Source: Amphiscolops sp. MND2022 (Eukaryota). From it: DNA of 64,000 nucleotides. The stretch is from assembly GCA_964187785.1 (NCBI GenBank), contig OZ076409.1:82462001-82526000 (forward strand), in the 5' to 3' direction. Below, piece after piece: positions 1 through 14,543 of the stretch (position 1 is its first letter; each line of letters starts with the position of its first letter). A program made the position numbers and the translations under genes. The notes beneath the pieces are model-generated. The model was not told the origin of the DNA. It did not search any database and saw only the letters and a program-made list of their open reading frames with translations.

Positions 1-1958
1 TCAGAATCTCATTCCCGCATACTGACGTATGCTCATTCTAGTAAATTCCGCATAGTGACACATTTAGTCACTAACATAGAAGAAAAAAAGAAGAAGAATC
101 TTCTTTTACTAAATTAGTCAAGCAACTAAAATATTCAACTAAAAAGGCGGAAAATATTCCGGTGCTTAGCGGTTGTAACTGTCTATTTTTGTTGAACATT
201 TTTTGAAGAATTTCGAGCCTGTCGCTGTCAATGAAGTTTGAATCTAATTGTTGAGTTCGGTTGAGAGCATTTATATACTTTGCAGTTATTTTTTTGTTTT
301 TTTTTGTTTGAAACTCCTTTCAAAATACTTTTTCACAGAACTCATGGGTTACAGTAGTTTTTGTACTTGTTTTTATGGTTACACACCCATTAGACATAAA
401 AACTGGTGAATCATACAACTTACAAGTTCTCATTTTGTTGCGAAATCATCCAGGTAGAGAACAAAATTTCTGTTTGTATCTGAAGTTTCTGTTCTATTCC
501 TTAGAGGCTAGCAACGATCAGTGACCTGTCAAATGCGTGATCTTCTGAAAAAACTACGAGTTTCAGTGACTTATATCTGAGAATACTGATACCACAGCAT
601 TCTATCGATGACCATGGAAGTCCCGTCGGACCAGCGGTTGTCATCATTCGGATTTGAGCTGGCATATTCATAGTTTTCAGTTTTGAATTACGTTGTAGGT
701 ATTTTCATGGCAATCCAGTTTTTCCAATCTAGAGTTGAAGCAGCGTTCTCTCGAAACCATCTGCTACCGAAAATTTTGATAGAAAGATAATTTTGAAAGC
801 ATTTTTGATAGCATCCAACATCTACTAATAAAGCTGAAAAGTTCGCTCGTAAAAGTATAAAATAGGCTGATTTTCAGGAAAATCAATTGACACAAAAAAC
901 CATGGCAATAAAATTTTTCAAACTTTGTTCAGAAATACAAGGTTTTTGTAGTTTGGAAATGAAACAAATTAGCGATTAGCTTATTTTTGACTGTTCCGGA
1001 ACTTATCATTTGACACAAAGTATGTGCAATATTCTTATACAAATTTTGATCAGAAGTACAGGATTGTTTTCGTTTGGAAATCAAACAAAATTGACAGAAC
1101 ATTTAACTTATTTTTGACTGTTCCAAAATGTATCATGCGATATCTGTAAAACCGCAGTTCGTAACAAAAATGTCTTTGGTGCCTTTTATTCAGATCTCTG
1201 TCCTTTGATACATTTCTTCTGCTAACGCCCTCCTTAAAACATTACATCGCGAAATGATCACAGAATGAGCATTCTTCAACATTTACTCCGGAAAACAGAT
1301 TTACGACAGAATTACAATAGTTTTTGTTCACTTTTCAAAAGTATTTTCTTTAAAAGTGTTCTATATAAAAGCTATAGAACGTTGTCAATACAAAAATTAT
1401 CGAGAGAGGTGTTTCTTCTGACCAGTAGTTTTTGAGATTTTGCGTGATAAAGATCTAAAAATTCGACAAAATAAAATATTAGAAAACTTTTTATATTTCA
1501 TTTGATTTGAAAAATATCGTCGTCATTCTGATCAGAACGAATCAAATTAAAAATTTTTGATCCTTAGAAGAAGTTTCTCTCAAAGGCATGTCTTAACAAA
1601 ACATCGCTTTAAAGTTTTCGCTTATGATATTAGCTATCATTAGCTTTTTGGTGACATTGTGCATATTTGAAAAGCAGCTTTTGGATTCGGAAAATACGAC
1701 ACCAAGTATTGTTTTAAAATCATGATTGAAACGCGCTTGTGTTGATGATTTAATTTTGGATACTGGGCTGCAATATTTTATTGTTCCCCGGGATACAAAA
1801 GAGAAGACTGGAATGAAAACAAACGTCATCATCCAAAACTGCTTCGATTGTTTGTCACTGATCACCTGCTAGCTCCATGGCAACCTTTGTGAGGTTAGCA
1901 TGCTTCGCGGTTTTTATGGCACAAACATTCTCAATTTCTTCGCTTTGGTAACACAGCC

Positions 1959-1964
1959 TATAAA
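1959..1964 (+). promoter_or_regulatory. Candidate TATA box of the Cys-rich gene
   Basis: TATAAA about 120 nt upstream of ATG 2085, with an Inr-like TCATTGT about 25 nt downstream; the region is AT-rich, so a chance match is possible. Confidence 0.4.
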
Positions 1965-2084
1965 CAGAAACAACATTCTACTCAATTCATTGTTTAGTTG
2001 ATTCCACGGCAGGTGAAGAGAGGTTCCCGCATAGAACCAAGCGACCAAATTTATCGTTTTGCTATATTTGCCGGGGATCCAGCA

Positions 2085-2153
2085 ATGGAGAAAAACCCAA
2101 AACTTCTAATCTGGACTGTCACAGTTCTTCTTGCGTCAGTTTTTCTCAAAACA
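2085..2153 (+). CDS. Exon 1 of Cys-rich EGF-like/LU-domain surface protein (signal peptide)
   Basis: MEKNPKLLIWTVTVLLASVFLKT: basic N-terminus plus hydrophobic core; ACA|GTAAGT donor, phase 0, matches exon 2. Confidence 0.85.
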
Positions 2154-3689
2154 GTAAGTCTGAGCATTTCTCAACTTGAACCATCATAGGGTAATAAATT
2201 TTTATCAAAGGGGCCTTCCTCCGAGGTTTGAAATTTAGTTTCTTGATGAAATTCAAGTTTTTAGGCTTGCTTGTTCGTTTCTGAATAAATTGTGCGTATC
2301 TTAAGCAATATGCCAGATGAGTTTCGTCGTTGTTGAGTTATTTGCAGTTGCTGAACTATCAGTGTTCGCGAAATCCAACTTCGAAAAATTCAATATAAAC
2401 TTTCGTGAAAAAATTCATGCTCAAATTCAAAGTTATAAAAATTCTTGAAGAATGCCAATTTTTTTTCTCCCAAAACTCATTTGCAATATGAAAATTCATG
2501 TCAAAGCATAGTTTTTTCTCTTAACTTTGCCATGTTTCGATTCTATATAATCACAAGGTAGAGAAGAATTCAACCAGTCAAATACTGATTGGATTATTGG
2601 AAAAAGACAATATAGGAAAAATTTGACCAATTCAAGCAAATTATGTAGATATTCGAATGTTTCTGAATATATAATATCCACGGAGTTCTCTGGCAAAAGA
2701 ATCAAAACAAGCCAGAAAATGGTGAAGCTGTTATATTTTTGTACAACTTTGGTTGTGTTTTGTTCAAGTTCAAACTACAACAAGAAGACCGATGAATACC
2801 TGGCTATTTTCTGTCCTCAAACAATTCACCGAAACATGTATTCAGGGCTCGACCTTAGCCAACACACTACTACACTTTAACAAAAAGTTTCAAAAATCGA
2901 CACTTTTTGGGTATTCATGGTTCACTATATGCACTTTTCATTTAAAAGCTTGAGAAATTTCGAGACAAGTATGATCACCAAGCAAAACGAGGCTTGGTCT
3001 GGTTTTGAATTGATATACTTAGATTCTCAATATTATGACTGCTTCTTGCTGCTCTTTTTCCGCTTACCATACCAATGCGGTTCGTGTTTTCCAACTGCAT
3101 TCAGCCAATTTGGAGAAAAATGATCTAGTTTAGGGCTCAACAATGTTAAGGGCTATAAATACCGGATGCCGCCCATGTTGAATCTTCTAATATACACCTA
3201 TGCATATATACCTCTAGATAAACCCTGGAAAAGTTCAAAAAAGTATCGAAGTTGAAAGGAGGACCCAAAATATGCAAATATGAGGTGTTCCAGGACATTT
3301 TTCCATTAGAAAATTTCGATTTTTTCTTCAGAGCAAAGCATGCTAAAAATGTTTTTTTTTTCTGTCGTGGAACTCTTTAAAATTGCACAAAGATGAGCAA
3401 AAGCATTAGTTTAAAAAATGCTGCTTTTTGGGACATTTTCGAGAAAAAGCATCACATTAATTGATGAGAACTTTCGCTCAGTAACTACATGTTTTGTTGT
3501 TGAACTCTGTGGATGACAAAAAGTTCACACGTATTTGGTAAATATTGGAAACTTTGGAAAGTGTGAAAAAACGTGACTGAGAGATTAATTTTACTTCCCA
3601 AGATAGAATATGGGTTGAAAGTCTTAACTGGCAACTTGCATCATGTTACCAAAATTGAGAATGCCCTGGTTGGAACTGCTTGAACTTTT

Positions 3690-3945
3690 TACATGTTTTT
3701 GTAGGTTACCAAGCTAATTTTTCATGATTTTTAAAAAAATTCTCCAGGAAGAGTCCATGCATTAAAACTTCATTGATGCAATTCAAATTTATCAAGCTGC
3801 CTATAAGGTGCATTCAAAATTTGGCGGCAATTCCGAGCCGCGAAGTTTTGCATGTTTCATGAAGACGCCGTTCTAATTTTGAAAGCAGCTGAGACCTTCA
3901 TTAATTTTACCGCGGTTTCAATGCAAATAAATTTCAGTCACATTT
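3690..3945. repeat. Dispersed repeat with an inverted copy at about 17455-17720
   Basis: AAATTTGGCGGCAATTC...GCAGCTGAGACCTT...TTTCAGTCAC matches the reverse complement of 17457-17580. Confidence 0.7.
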
Positions 3946-4838
3946 TAAGAGTCAAAGTAGCGTCATATTCAGCGTGCTATTTGATTAACGTTGTTTACAT
4001 AAGGTAGTTCCTCGAGAAACTTACGCGTGAAAACAAAGTGATCACGGTGGTGAAGAAGTGAAAATGTTTTCAGTTTTAACTCAAATAGCGAAAGCTACAT
4101 AGTAATCCTACAAAATGTTTCCATGCATGGTCTCTGAACTTTCCATGTTTTATAAAAAACATTTGCCGGCATTTTTGTAGGTGCCTGTAAAACTTCGCGG
4201 CAACTTCGACTAGGGTGGTTCATCGGAATGATTAAGACGAGTTATTTCGAGAGCATTTTTGCATTTGAAATTTTCAAAATCTACACGAATTCAAAACTTA
4301 CGGACCTAAAATAATGGAGTTTGAAATGAAGTTGAAATGTACGGAACAAACTCTATCTTTTCGATACATAAAAATAGGTAAAAAATATAGGTAGACGATA
4401 GGTAAAATCTGAAAAACACGCGTCCGATCTAATAATCCGCTTTTTCGTATAGAAAATTAGGCAGAAAATGTAATTAAAAGTATCTTTGCTGAGTGAGTTA
4501 CTCTGGAGTTCATTTATTTTTATAGAAGTTAGTATCGTGGCAATTTAAAAAATTTTGAGCGTACAGACCGTTAAAGAAAACCCTCAAAACGTTTGCCACA
4601 ATTCTGAAAAACTTGGAAATCTGAAAAAATCCCAAGTTTTTTGCAGGATTCTTGCCAAGGTTCTGATCAATAAAATCAAGATTTTTTTGTGGAAACTCGA
4701 AAGTTCAGTGCAGCTTTGAAATTTGAAGATTTCTCAGATTTTCCTGTTCAACCTATTTTTTCGGAACACATCCAAGAAAAAATTACAATTCTCTAATACT
4801 TCTTTTGCATGACTTACGCCTTGATGGTTTTTTATCAG

Positions 4839-5016
4839 GTCCAGTCAACACCTGCGCCTCAAACATGTACACCCAGTGCGGGAGCGGGAGACGTGGTCAA
4901 AACTGATGACCCATACTCTTCTGACCAAGATGGTTGCGCGTGTACTGACAGTACCTTTACGACTTGTAATTGTTTAGTTGGATACGGAACCTCTGTTGCC
5001 ACCAATCCTTGTTTAA
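4839..5016 (+). CDS. Exon 2, Cys-rich module
   Basis: tttatcag| VQSTPAPQTC...GCACTDSTFTTCNCLVGYGTSVATNPCL |gtaatt; phase 0 to 1. Confidence 0.88.
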
Positions 5017-6525
5017 GTAATTCATGTTTTTGTTTGTTTTTGTTCACTATCAATTATCTTCTCCCAACTTCTACACTTGGTGATTCGATGCTTTTTGCTA
5101 GATATATCATTATAAGTCATATGTTTTTCTCATACCCTGGAAAGGTACAAAAACCTTAAACATCAGTACTCATTTCGCCGTAATATGATCTTAAGACACT
5201 GGAGTAAGGTCTAAAATTCCCCCGTACGACGAAGGATTCTTTGATCCTTGACAAGAAGGGTTGAAACCCGGCTAAAAATATCAAACTAATGAAACTGTTT
5301 CCAGGACTCCTGATTGAAATTTTGAAATTTAGAATTTTTTCCCATCTTAGGAAGATTTGATCTTGTGATAATGATACTTTTTGTAAGACCTTAGTAAGAA
5401 ACTTGGGATCCATGGTTACCAAGATGTAGTAAGATTTTGGCAAGATCTTGCCATGGCAGCCAAGATGCTAATAAGAGAGTCAGCCCGTGATGGTTGGATA
5501 CCCAGACCATGTTTCTTGTTTCTTCCCAATATTAAAAACCTTGAAAAATTTTGCACTGGTGAAAGGATTCGATATGGTTACAGATACTTGAAGGATTGTC
5601 TCTACAACTGTTTTAATACAACTAATATTTTGATATATTAAAATCACAATAGCAACAATTCACTCTCAGAGCAACTTAAAATTGTCTAGATGCCACTATT
5701 TTATCCCAAATAATGGCAGTCAATGAATAAAAATTATTTATGTCGACATCAATCAGTTTATTTGATTAGAATTTCAGCAAAAACGATGTCGATATAATGG
5801 TATTTGAACTTTGAACGCGCGGTGGCTTGGGGTTATTGGAAACATGATCCTAAACCCGTGCTGAAATCTTGGGTATTCTCTCGTCCACTGATGTCACAAA
5901 AGTAAATTTGAAAGCTCAGGTAAATTATTTCCAAACGGACTTCATTTCAACTTTTTTTGAAAAACACATATGTAAGCCTTGAAATTTTCTGAAACGTACC
6001 ATGCAACGCACGGGTGGTAACGAAAGACGCCAAAGAACTAAGTTTGGAATTTTGACTCTGTTCTCTCACATTTGATTCTAAACCTTATTCCTATAAAAAT
6101 TTTGCTGCACAAAGTGGTTACAAATGGCACCAATGGACTTCTTCAGGTTTTCCGGTTTGGCGGTTGATTCAGTGGGGAAGCGTTTCCAAAAAACGTGTAA
6201 GGTAAAAATGTATCAAGCCATTATAATTGATCCTGAGTTTTTTTGTTCTGCTGAGTAGCTTTCCAGGTATAGCATGTTTGATTTCGAAAAAATTCCGAAA
6301 TTCTCCAAACTACAATGTAATACAATTTTTGTAGTTTAAAGCAAAGCAAGAATAAAGTTAAACCTTTCGACCTGGAAAATTTTTCGTCAAATGAATATCC
6401 AAAGAAACAAGCTTGCAAAATTTTCGCTTGCAAAATTAGCTGTTTTCAGTTTTTGATACCATAGAGCATGTGCATCAACGAAAAATGTGTAAAAAAGTTT
6501 TCATTTTCCCTAAAACTGTTTGTAG

Positions 6526-6855
6526 GGTCTTGTACGAATGCCGATGGGAATTGCGTTACAACTGCCGACAACACTATTGGGTGTCCTGATGCGACAACTG
6601 ATTGTGAATGTGGCCCTACATTTATGAGAGACCCTACCAAGGATAATACTGATGCGACAGCTTGTGTAGCTGTGCCAATAACTGATCCTCATTGCGACCC
6701 TTCACGAGACCGCGGAGCCGACAGGACATGCGCGTGTGTCGATCAAACAGACCCACCAGACACCGCGCCTCTTTTGACTGCCTACTTGGATCCCGCAGCT
6801 TGTTTTTGCATCGGTGGTTACACTCAAGACCCAACTGACGAACGCCTTTGCACTG
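6526..6855 (+). CDS. Exon 3, two EGF-like modules
   Basis: tttgtag| SCTNADGNC...CECGPTF...CFCIGGYTQDPTDERLCT |gtatag; phase 1-1, 330 nt. Confidence 0.9.
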
Positions 6856-7121
6856 GTATAGCTAAAACTGTTACAAAACTGTTCCATCTATATCTTGATT
6901 TTTTATTTCTTCGTTTTTTGAACTGAAGGCATTGAACTTTTCTAAAATTTTTGCTGCTCGATATAAATGGTATGTTTGCTTGAGACCATATGGTCTTGAG
7001 GCGATATGTCCTATGGGCAAAAACTAACTGAACTTATGGGCATCTTTCACAAAAATATCAATGAGTTTTAGAGTTGGAGCCAATCATTGCTCAAAGAATG
7101 ATACCTTTTAATTTTTCCCAG

Positions 7122-7256
7122 CGAATTGTCCAACCGGAGCCGCGAATTGCCAAGTTTCCTTGACAGACGCCACACCTTGTCCTGTGGCTACTACTACTTG
7201 CAGGTGTGAACCTGGGTATGCGCCACGGGGAGATGGAAGTGCAATTACTTGTGAGA
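7122..7256 (+). CDS. Exon 4, EGF-like module
   Basis: tttcccag| NCPTGAANCQVSLTDATPCPVATTTCRCEPGYAPRGDGSAITCE |gtgagt; phase 1-1, 135 nt. Confidence 0.92.
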
Positions 7257-8834
7257 GTGAGTCAATTCAACAGACATTATATTTCCCATTTTCTATTCAA
7301 ACTTCGACACTATTTTCAGGGTTGAGGTTTCAAATATTTGAAAGTGATCATGGAAAAACAATTTCCAGTGGCATCAAAGAAGAACTAAAATTCAATATTC
7401 AGAATCGGAAAAGGTTTTCACGCATTGAAGCTGCATAGGAACTTTTTTTCAAAAAATGTGTATACTTTTTTAAAAATTCAAACAAATCTAGTTCGAAGAA
7501 TTAACCTAATTGAAAAAGTTATTGAGAGGTTATTTTAAAAAATATTTTAATTGGTAAAAGTTGGTAAAATTCGAAACCGCTCCTCGATGTTTATCTCAGA
7601 AGCGAAAGTTACTATAAATTGTACTCTGTCCAAGATAATAAAGCTCTTTTCGAATATTAATTTTATAATCGAATTAAATCACATTTCAAAATTGAATTAT
7701 AAAACGAAAGGTCGAACCCACAAGCTTGTTGTTGGCAGTCTATGGGAGTTACTGGTTGGACTATGTGGCCTTTTATTTAAGTTGTGATTTCTTCAGGCAA
7801 ACGATTCACTTCTCAGAGTTGTTATATTATACTAATTTTCATTTCTATCATTATGGAGAAAGGTAACATTAATCATTCACCATATTTTAAACATAATTCC
7901 CTTCGGTGCTCCTATCAATAACTAAATTTGAAAAATAAATGGTTTTGAGCCTTTTATCTTTCAATCCTATCGATTGATATGATAGGACCTCCCAATGAAA
8001 TTATGTTCAGAACATGGTGAGCGATTAATGCTTGTTTGTACAATATTACAAATGTACTAAGAAGTACACCCATCAAACAAAGACCTAATTTTTTCGGATG
8101 AGTGACTTGTGAACTACTATTTTGTTTTGACATCATCCGTTTCCAGCTGAGTTCATCACTGGTGTTCAATATTTGAAAAATCATATCGGATTTGCAACGA
8201 ACAATATTGAAAAATGGAGATTTTCAATAACAATCAAAATTGCGATTGAATCATTTTGAAAACTTGAAACACTAATCAACTTTTTTATTGAGCTGCGGGT
8301 TTTTTACCGGACTCAATTAGTTACATTTTCTAAAGGCTGAGAATTGAAAATTTACACAAAATGAAATCATTTCTGGCAAAGTATTACAAACACTGAATGA
8401 AGGTTTCCCCAAGTAAACCATGGGTGAAATTCTTGTTACGCAACTCCACCCACACGTAATCAAACGTAAAAGCATTCAATAAAAAAGTTGCATGGTGTTT
8501 CAAGTTTTCAAAAAGTTTTTCAAAATTCTTTTTGAATAATCATATGATTATCCAAAATGAATGAAAGATTTAAACATAGGCATTTTTGGCTCTTGATTGA
8601 ACACTTTGAGCAACTTCAAAAAAGACAACGTCAACGTTCCCATTTTCAGACTTTAAAAAGGCATTTATTGTGTCTTCAAACGGTGAGATTTTTCATAGCC
8701 ACCAAAAAAGTCAAAAGGTGCACAGAAATTGAATAGCCATATTGAAATTAAAGAAAAATTGGCTTTCTGAGGGCTTTCTTGAGAAAGAAATTTCAACTTT
8801 CCCTTCTGAAAACGCAATAAATGTCCATGTTGAA

Positions 8835-9490
8835 CTTTCCTTAAGAATCTGTACAGATATGTGAGCCAATATTCCTTGAGGATCTGTAAAGATCGTGCCA
8901 CCGCTACGAAAGGCCAACTGCAGATCTGCAAGGATCTTTAAAGATGTTCAAGGATTTTCTGCACAGATTTTTCAGGAAATTTTTTCCGGAGCTTCCGGGA
9001 AACGATGTATTGCGGTTTTGGACTTCTTCAACAAGTATTTTTACTGACCAAGGCCCAGTTCCACATACCCACAAAAACGTGGAAGATGGAAAAAACCCGA
9101 AATATGCAAACTGGTTTTTTTGTTTCAGTCTTTCAGTCAATCTTTCAGTCAGAAGATTTTGATTCTGTTTTCATGGCAAAGCATGCTAAAAGTTTTAAGT
9201 TCTAAAAATGCTGCACTTTTGAGGCAGTTTCAAGAAAAAAAACTACATTCTAGATGAAGACATTCGCTTACCCACGTTGAGCTTTCCTTGAGAATCTGTA
9301 CAGATCTGTGAGCCTTTTTTTCTTGAGGATCTGTAAAGATCGTGCCATTGCTACGTAAAGACAACTGCACATCTGCAAGGATCTTTACAGATGTTCAAAC
9401 ATTTTCTGTACAGATTGTTCAGGAAAAATTTTTCCGGAGCTTCTGGAAAACAATGTTTTGCATTTTTGGGCTATTCAATAGGTATTTTAG
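8835..9490. repeat. Direct duplication of about 200 bp
   Basis: CTTTCCTT(A/G)AGAATCTGTACAGAT...TTTTTCCGGAGCTTC at about 8835-9030 and 9283-9480. Confidence 0.75.
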
Positions 9491-9787
9491 CGGTTCAAGG
9501 CTCAGTCAGGTGAACTTTCCATCCCTCAAATATCTCGAACAGGAAAGCCCCAACACTGTAATTTGGGTGTCTGTGGAATTTTTGGTGTTGGCCAAACACT
9601 AATTTATCCATTTCACTTGAACTATCGTTTCCTTTTTTTGGTAATCATCTTTGCCTTCTTTGAATAAAACAAGGTCAAATTTCCCTTATAGAAAGCCTGT
9701 TGTGTAGTTTATTGTGCTTAGGTGGAACTCTCTGTGTATTCTTATCGTCGTTAAAGTCCTCGTCGTAAAAGTGTACAAGGAGACTAA

Positions 9788-12003
9788 TGTTACGATTATT
9801 TACCGGTGTTGCCTTTTGGGTAGTCGCCTTTGATCTTATTGGTGTCGATGTATTTGTAGGAAAAACATTTTCAGGCTCAGAATCAGTGTTTCCCAAGTTT
9901 TGGGAGCTAATGGGCTTTTTATTGGGTGGGGCTTTAGGTTTCAGCATTTCCTTTTGATTTTCAGCTAGTATTTTAGTAAGGTCCGACATAATATACTTTC
10001 TAAGTGACTATTTGATTTCGTCCAAAGGGTCAGGATGTATTCTTGGATTTTTGCTTGGTCCAGCTGATAGGTTCTCAACCTGATTATCTTCAACTAGAGG
10101 AGTATCAAGGCTTACTGAAGTAGATTCAGCAGTGGCTTCTCTCTTGTGGCTTCTGTTAGTCATTGTTGATGAGGAAAAACAAAGATCTTTGGTATAAATG
10201 AATTCGTCAAAGCAAAGATTTCGTTTGAGTAACAATGTACAAAGCGATGAACCAATTGATTGACTAATTTTACATATTTCTACACATATATACTTTCCCG
10301 CATCATTTGTTCCTCACCTAAAACTTCCTAGGTACCGCAAAAATCGGGATTGTTCACAAAAAGGACTGAGTGACTCATATTATTTCAGCCCTGTCTGCTA
10401 AAATCAGGATTCAGAATCCCTAATTGCGTCACTAGTTCGTCACCTTTGTTGAAATCATTTTCGTTCAAGCAAGTGCATTTTCTATTTGGCTTCTAAAATG
10501 GCGGTAGAATAAAGGTCCGCTCAACTATTCTATCGACGCGAGGACGCCGAAATGAACAACTAGTCAATTTCCATGTCAAGAATTTCAAATAGATCGTGAT
10601 AAGAGCATGACTATCAAAAATGATGACGCAGTTGAAACGGATCAGCTAGTTTTTTGGGGAAAGGAAATTTCTGAAAGTTTGGTTATGAAAAGGAACAAAT
10701 GATGCTAAGACTACTGACTATCTAACTTCGTGGTAAAAAGTCACGTTAACACAAGAACACAAAATTATAACGCAAACTTTGGACACAATGTAATGACAGG
10801 GTTTAAGCACCATAATAACTCTTATGTTCAGCCTTTTTAACCTCGTAACAGATCATAACAAGAAAACACAAAGTGGCGCATCATAATAATATTACGCAAT
10901 AACAATTAAAATGCATTAACAATAGCCTCAACAAAAAACTTTAAACGCACTTGTTAACTTAGTTTACCATTGACCGTACGTCACAATTTTATGCTAAAAG
11001 ATAACTGTTACGATCACATATTCATGTCATCCTCATATGACAAAAGTTGATTGTAACTTTTGACCAGCTTTCTTCTTGGAGTGTTTTCACATTTTACATG
11101 AGCACATCACCAATTGACCGATTTTAATTTGGTTTAAACCTCACTTTACAATGCAGCTTTTTTTCCTTTACTACAAACTTTCCTTCTTTTTATTGACATG
11201 GGAATTTCATGTGATCGCTTCTTAAACATGAGGTAGAAAACCTGTTTTCATCCTTTTGGCGACCTCAAAGTGTGAATTAGTGTTCACGTACCTATTAGGA
11301 ATAGTTATATTTTATTTGTGGCGTGACGTTGGGGCTACATCAGGCATTGGTGAAAATCATTTCAAATTGCTTGTTAATGACGTCATAAGACCACTCTTAT
11401 TTGCGTGACCGCAAACAACTCAATCAAGAAGCGACGCTATTGCTCCGTTAAAATAGAAATACCGATTACCAGCTCCGCTGAGTGACGTTGCCTTAGCGTT
11501 GTACTTCCTTGCTGATATTACTTGACTGTAATTTAAGTGAATTTTGAGAACTAACTCACTTCTGAAGAACAGATCATTTTACTATTTTGTATGTCACTAT
11601 ATTCATTTTAGATTCTATGAGCTACACCAAAAGCACGTCGTCTAACATTTTTCTAAGGTTTCATTTCAGGGTGGCGAAAGCAGAATCAATTTCCTTTTTA
11701 GTTTTGTCTGTTGTGCAGTTTAGATCAGTATGGAAATTCAAAAGAATTAGAACCGGAAGTAAGAATGATGACGTGTAAAAATGTTGAACCGGAAGTTTTA
11801 GTTTACTTCTGCGTAGTTTAATTTTTACGTCGCGACTACGTCGACTTGTTTTATTCTCAAATTTTTGATGAATTATCTGGCTGCATTGAAAGTAAACTTT
11901 AAACTAACTTATATGACGCTTGCACGTCCATGTCTTTTCTCTTGTATTTGTCTGTGTACTCCGTGCTGACAGTACGTGCACCAGCCGGGAGCGGGTTGTG
12001 ACA
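9788..12003 (-). mobile_element. Solo LTR (~2.2 kb) in intron 4 carrying a gag-like ORF fragment
   Basis: TGTTACG...GTTGTGACA termini; flanks ACTAA/ACAAA (5-bp TSD, 1 mismatch); end resembles the GGGGCTGTGACA end of the 48.9-kb LTRs; minus-strand ORF pieces 10163-9788 (MTNRSHKRE...ILAENQKEMLK...TPVNNRN). Confidence 0.7.
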
Positions 12004-12609
12004 ACAAATTGTCTCGTCTTCGAAAATGATTGATGCTTGAATTTCTGGAAACCTTCAAAAATATTACAAAATTTGACCAACGTAGTCTAAATATGTACTT
12101 TCTAGCCTCTTTGGGAACGTTTCGAGGCATCAAAAACATGGCATTGCTCTTCGTAACAGCTAGTGGAATAGGCAGCTGGTTGGTTTTAAGGTTTTCGGAT
12201 GTTCTATTTCATTGAAACGTTTGGAATTTGTTTGAAAATTGCCATGTAAAGGTCAGAAAATGAATAATTTTTGAAATTTTGGGGTCTTATGGATCTTTTT
12301 GAGAAACTTTTTTTCAAAAAGATTCAATAAGCGCCCTGGATATTTGTTGTCGTTTTGGACATTTTTGAATATTCTAACAAACGGAAATACTCGGAAACTG
12401 TACGGAAATTGCGTAAAAATTCATGATAATTAGAAAAGGGAACGTTTGACTATTTAGGTGTCATTTTGGAGTACTTTTGTCATTACCAAAAACGTCTCAA
12501 ACTCTCCACAATACTCATCGCATACGATTTAATTCATGTCAGTTAATTTTTAAGGCAGAACTGCTGCAATTTGGATGTGACAATGGAGCATGCCAAATTT
12601 TGTTTGCCC

Positions 12610-12969
12610 AACAACTATTGGAAAGATTTGGAAAACTTTTTTTCAAAAAAAGTATTTTTTTTAAAAAAAGGTCGCACAATGCCGAAAAACTTAAAAAGAG
12701 GCCATTTAGGCTCATTAAATGTTTTTAGAAACCGAAACTTGGTCTCGCCTCTACTTTTGGAAGCATAAAAAATTTGTGGTTTAGTGCGAGAATGGAACCC
12801 ACGATCTCCCGCTTCTCAGAAAATTAGTTGAACAAATGAACAAAATATTGTAAAAAAGTGATTATAAAATTCAGAGTGAGATTGTCAGCTGAAAAAGAAA
12901 AAAAACTACCCACTGTAATAGTCGGGCTTTTTTCCTTAGTTCCTTAAGGGAAAAGGTGCCGACTAAAAA
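12610..12969 (-). mobile_element. HINE-like repeat copy (truncated)
   Basis: Ends AGTCGGGC...GGTGCCGACTAAAAA; body matches the reverse complement of 63639-63945. Confidence 0.6.
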
Positions 12970-13061
12970 CAGGCTCTTTTAGTAATATTCCTTCGCAATA
13001 TGGAAATTTTGCCGGAAAATGGAAACTTGCAAGCAGCCCTAAATAACTTACTTGTTTGCAG

Positions 13062-13196
13062 AAGTCTATTGCATACTTGGAGAAGGGAACTCAGTTCAGG
13101 CGGCCAACTGCAAGATGGTAGCTGAACAGTATGATCCATTCAATACTTTATGCGCATCAGGAACTGGACCGAAAGTAGGAACCAGCTACTGTTCCA
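13062..13196 (+). CDS. Exon 5, four-Cys module (absent from ORF track)
   Basis: tttgcag| VYCILGEGNSVQAANCKMVAEQYDPFNTLCASGTGPKVGTSYCS |gtgagt; phase 1-1, 135 nt. Confidence 0.88.
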
Positions 13197-13884
13197 GTGA
13201 GTAATTTTCCACGAAACTCTTCGGCAAGTATTTAATCTCCATTGATCATTGACGCCGTCAAGTCGTAGCTTTTCTTATATTTTTCTACCAATTAACTTCA
13301 TCTTTCTTTTTTTTGTCATTCCAATTCTCGAGATCCCGCTTCTTCGGACCCTAAGATTACATTTGAAGTTCGCAACGAAAATTCGCAAAGAAATTTAATT
13401 AGCCTGTTTTTTTTGCGTGAGAGGGAAACTTGAACAATTACCACCGCCTGCGTTATCTGTTAAGCCGATGTTATCTTGATAGATGCATTGAAGCTAATTT
13501 ATCATTTCATTTATCATGTTAGTCAAGGCAAAACTTGCAGTTACCAAATGATTCTTTGTTCAATTAGTGCCTTCTTCTATCAAAGTTAGTTCTTTTGTTG
13601 CGAAGCTTGTCCACTTCTTACCAGATCACACTATTTTTTCCGTTTTCATTTTGTTTGCGATCCTGAGTTTGACTCAAAAGTTTGCAGTGACTCTTTTATT
13701 AGAGTGTTCACAATTTGCCACCATATTTTGTTGCAAAGTTTCACTAACCAAACTGTTGCAGGTAGAAAACGATAAGATAGAAACAAAAACCTGTGTCTCA
13801 AAACGAAAGTTTCCATTCATGTCATTTTTGGAAATCTCTACAAATTTGATCTTCTTCAAAAGAGCGTACGCCAGTTTTTCAGAC

Positions 13885-14297
13885 AGTGTCCGAAAATTAC
13901 GCCCAAGGAAATTACGCCCAAGGAAATTACGCCCAAGGAAATTACGCCTAAGGAAATTACGCTCAATAGGAAATTACGCCCAAGGAAATTACGATAATGT
14001 AATCAGCTATGCTCACATACCCCTATTTCTCTAAATGCAGGAGCGAAGCGAAGCAGAGCGACGTGCCATATGGCCATGCCTCAATGTTGCTAGTTGACCG
14101 TGCCATACAACAAATATGCTAACCTCTTCAAATAGTATCCTGTAAATGATCGCTGCTATGGAATTCTTTCGACGCTTTGAACAGCTGTTAGCTCAGCAGC
14201 TAGCTTAATTTCCTTGGGCGTAATTTCCTTTGGGTGTAATTTCTCTGGGCGTAATTTCCTTTGGGTGTAATTTCTCTGGGCGTAATTTCTTAGAACC
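13885..14297. mobile_element. MITE with subterminal tandem repeats
   Basis: (GGAAATTACGCCCAA)n on the left and inverted copies on the right; 8-bp TSD TTTCAGAC/TTTCAGAG. Confidence 0.8.
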
Positions 14298-14408
14298 TTT
14301 CAGAGATCTCAGCTAACATCATTGTTACAAATCGTGAACATAAACTCGAATGAGTTTGTTTAAACATTTTCTTTCAAATAGCTGATCAACATTCAAACTC
14401 ATTTTCAG

Positions 14409-14543
14409 CTGATTGCGTCACCGGCGTCGCAAACTGCATGAATAGCGACCAAACAGCTGCTTGTACTGCTGATGACGAGGGCTGTCAATGTGCTTCTGGG
14501 ACAGGCCTCGTAGCTACTGACGAATCCACCGTAACTTGTGTAT
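14409..14543 (+). CDS. Exon 6, EGF-like module (absent from ORF track)
   Basis: ttttcag| DCVTGVANCMNSDQTAACTADDEGCQCASGTGLVATDESTVTCV |gttagt; phase 1-1, 135 nt. Confidence 0.88.

Noticed and set aside
13567..14034. 155-aa ORF with KLRPR repeats
   Set aside because: Translation of the MITE's 15-bp tandem repeat
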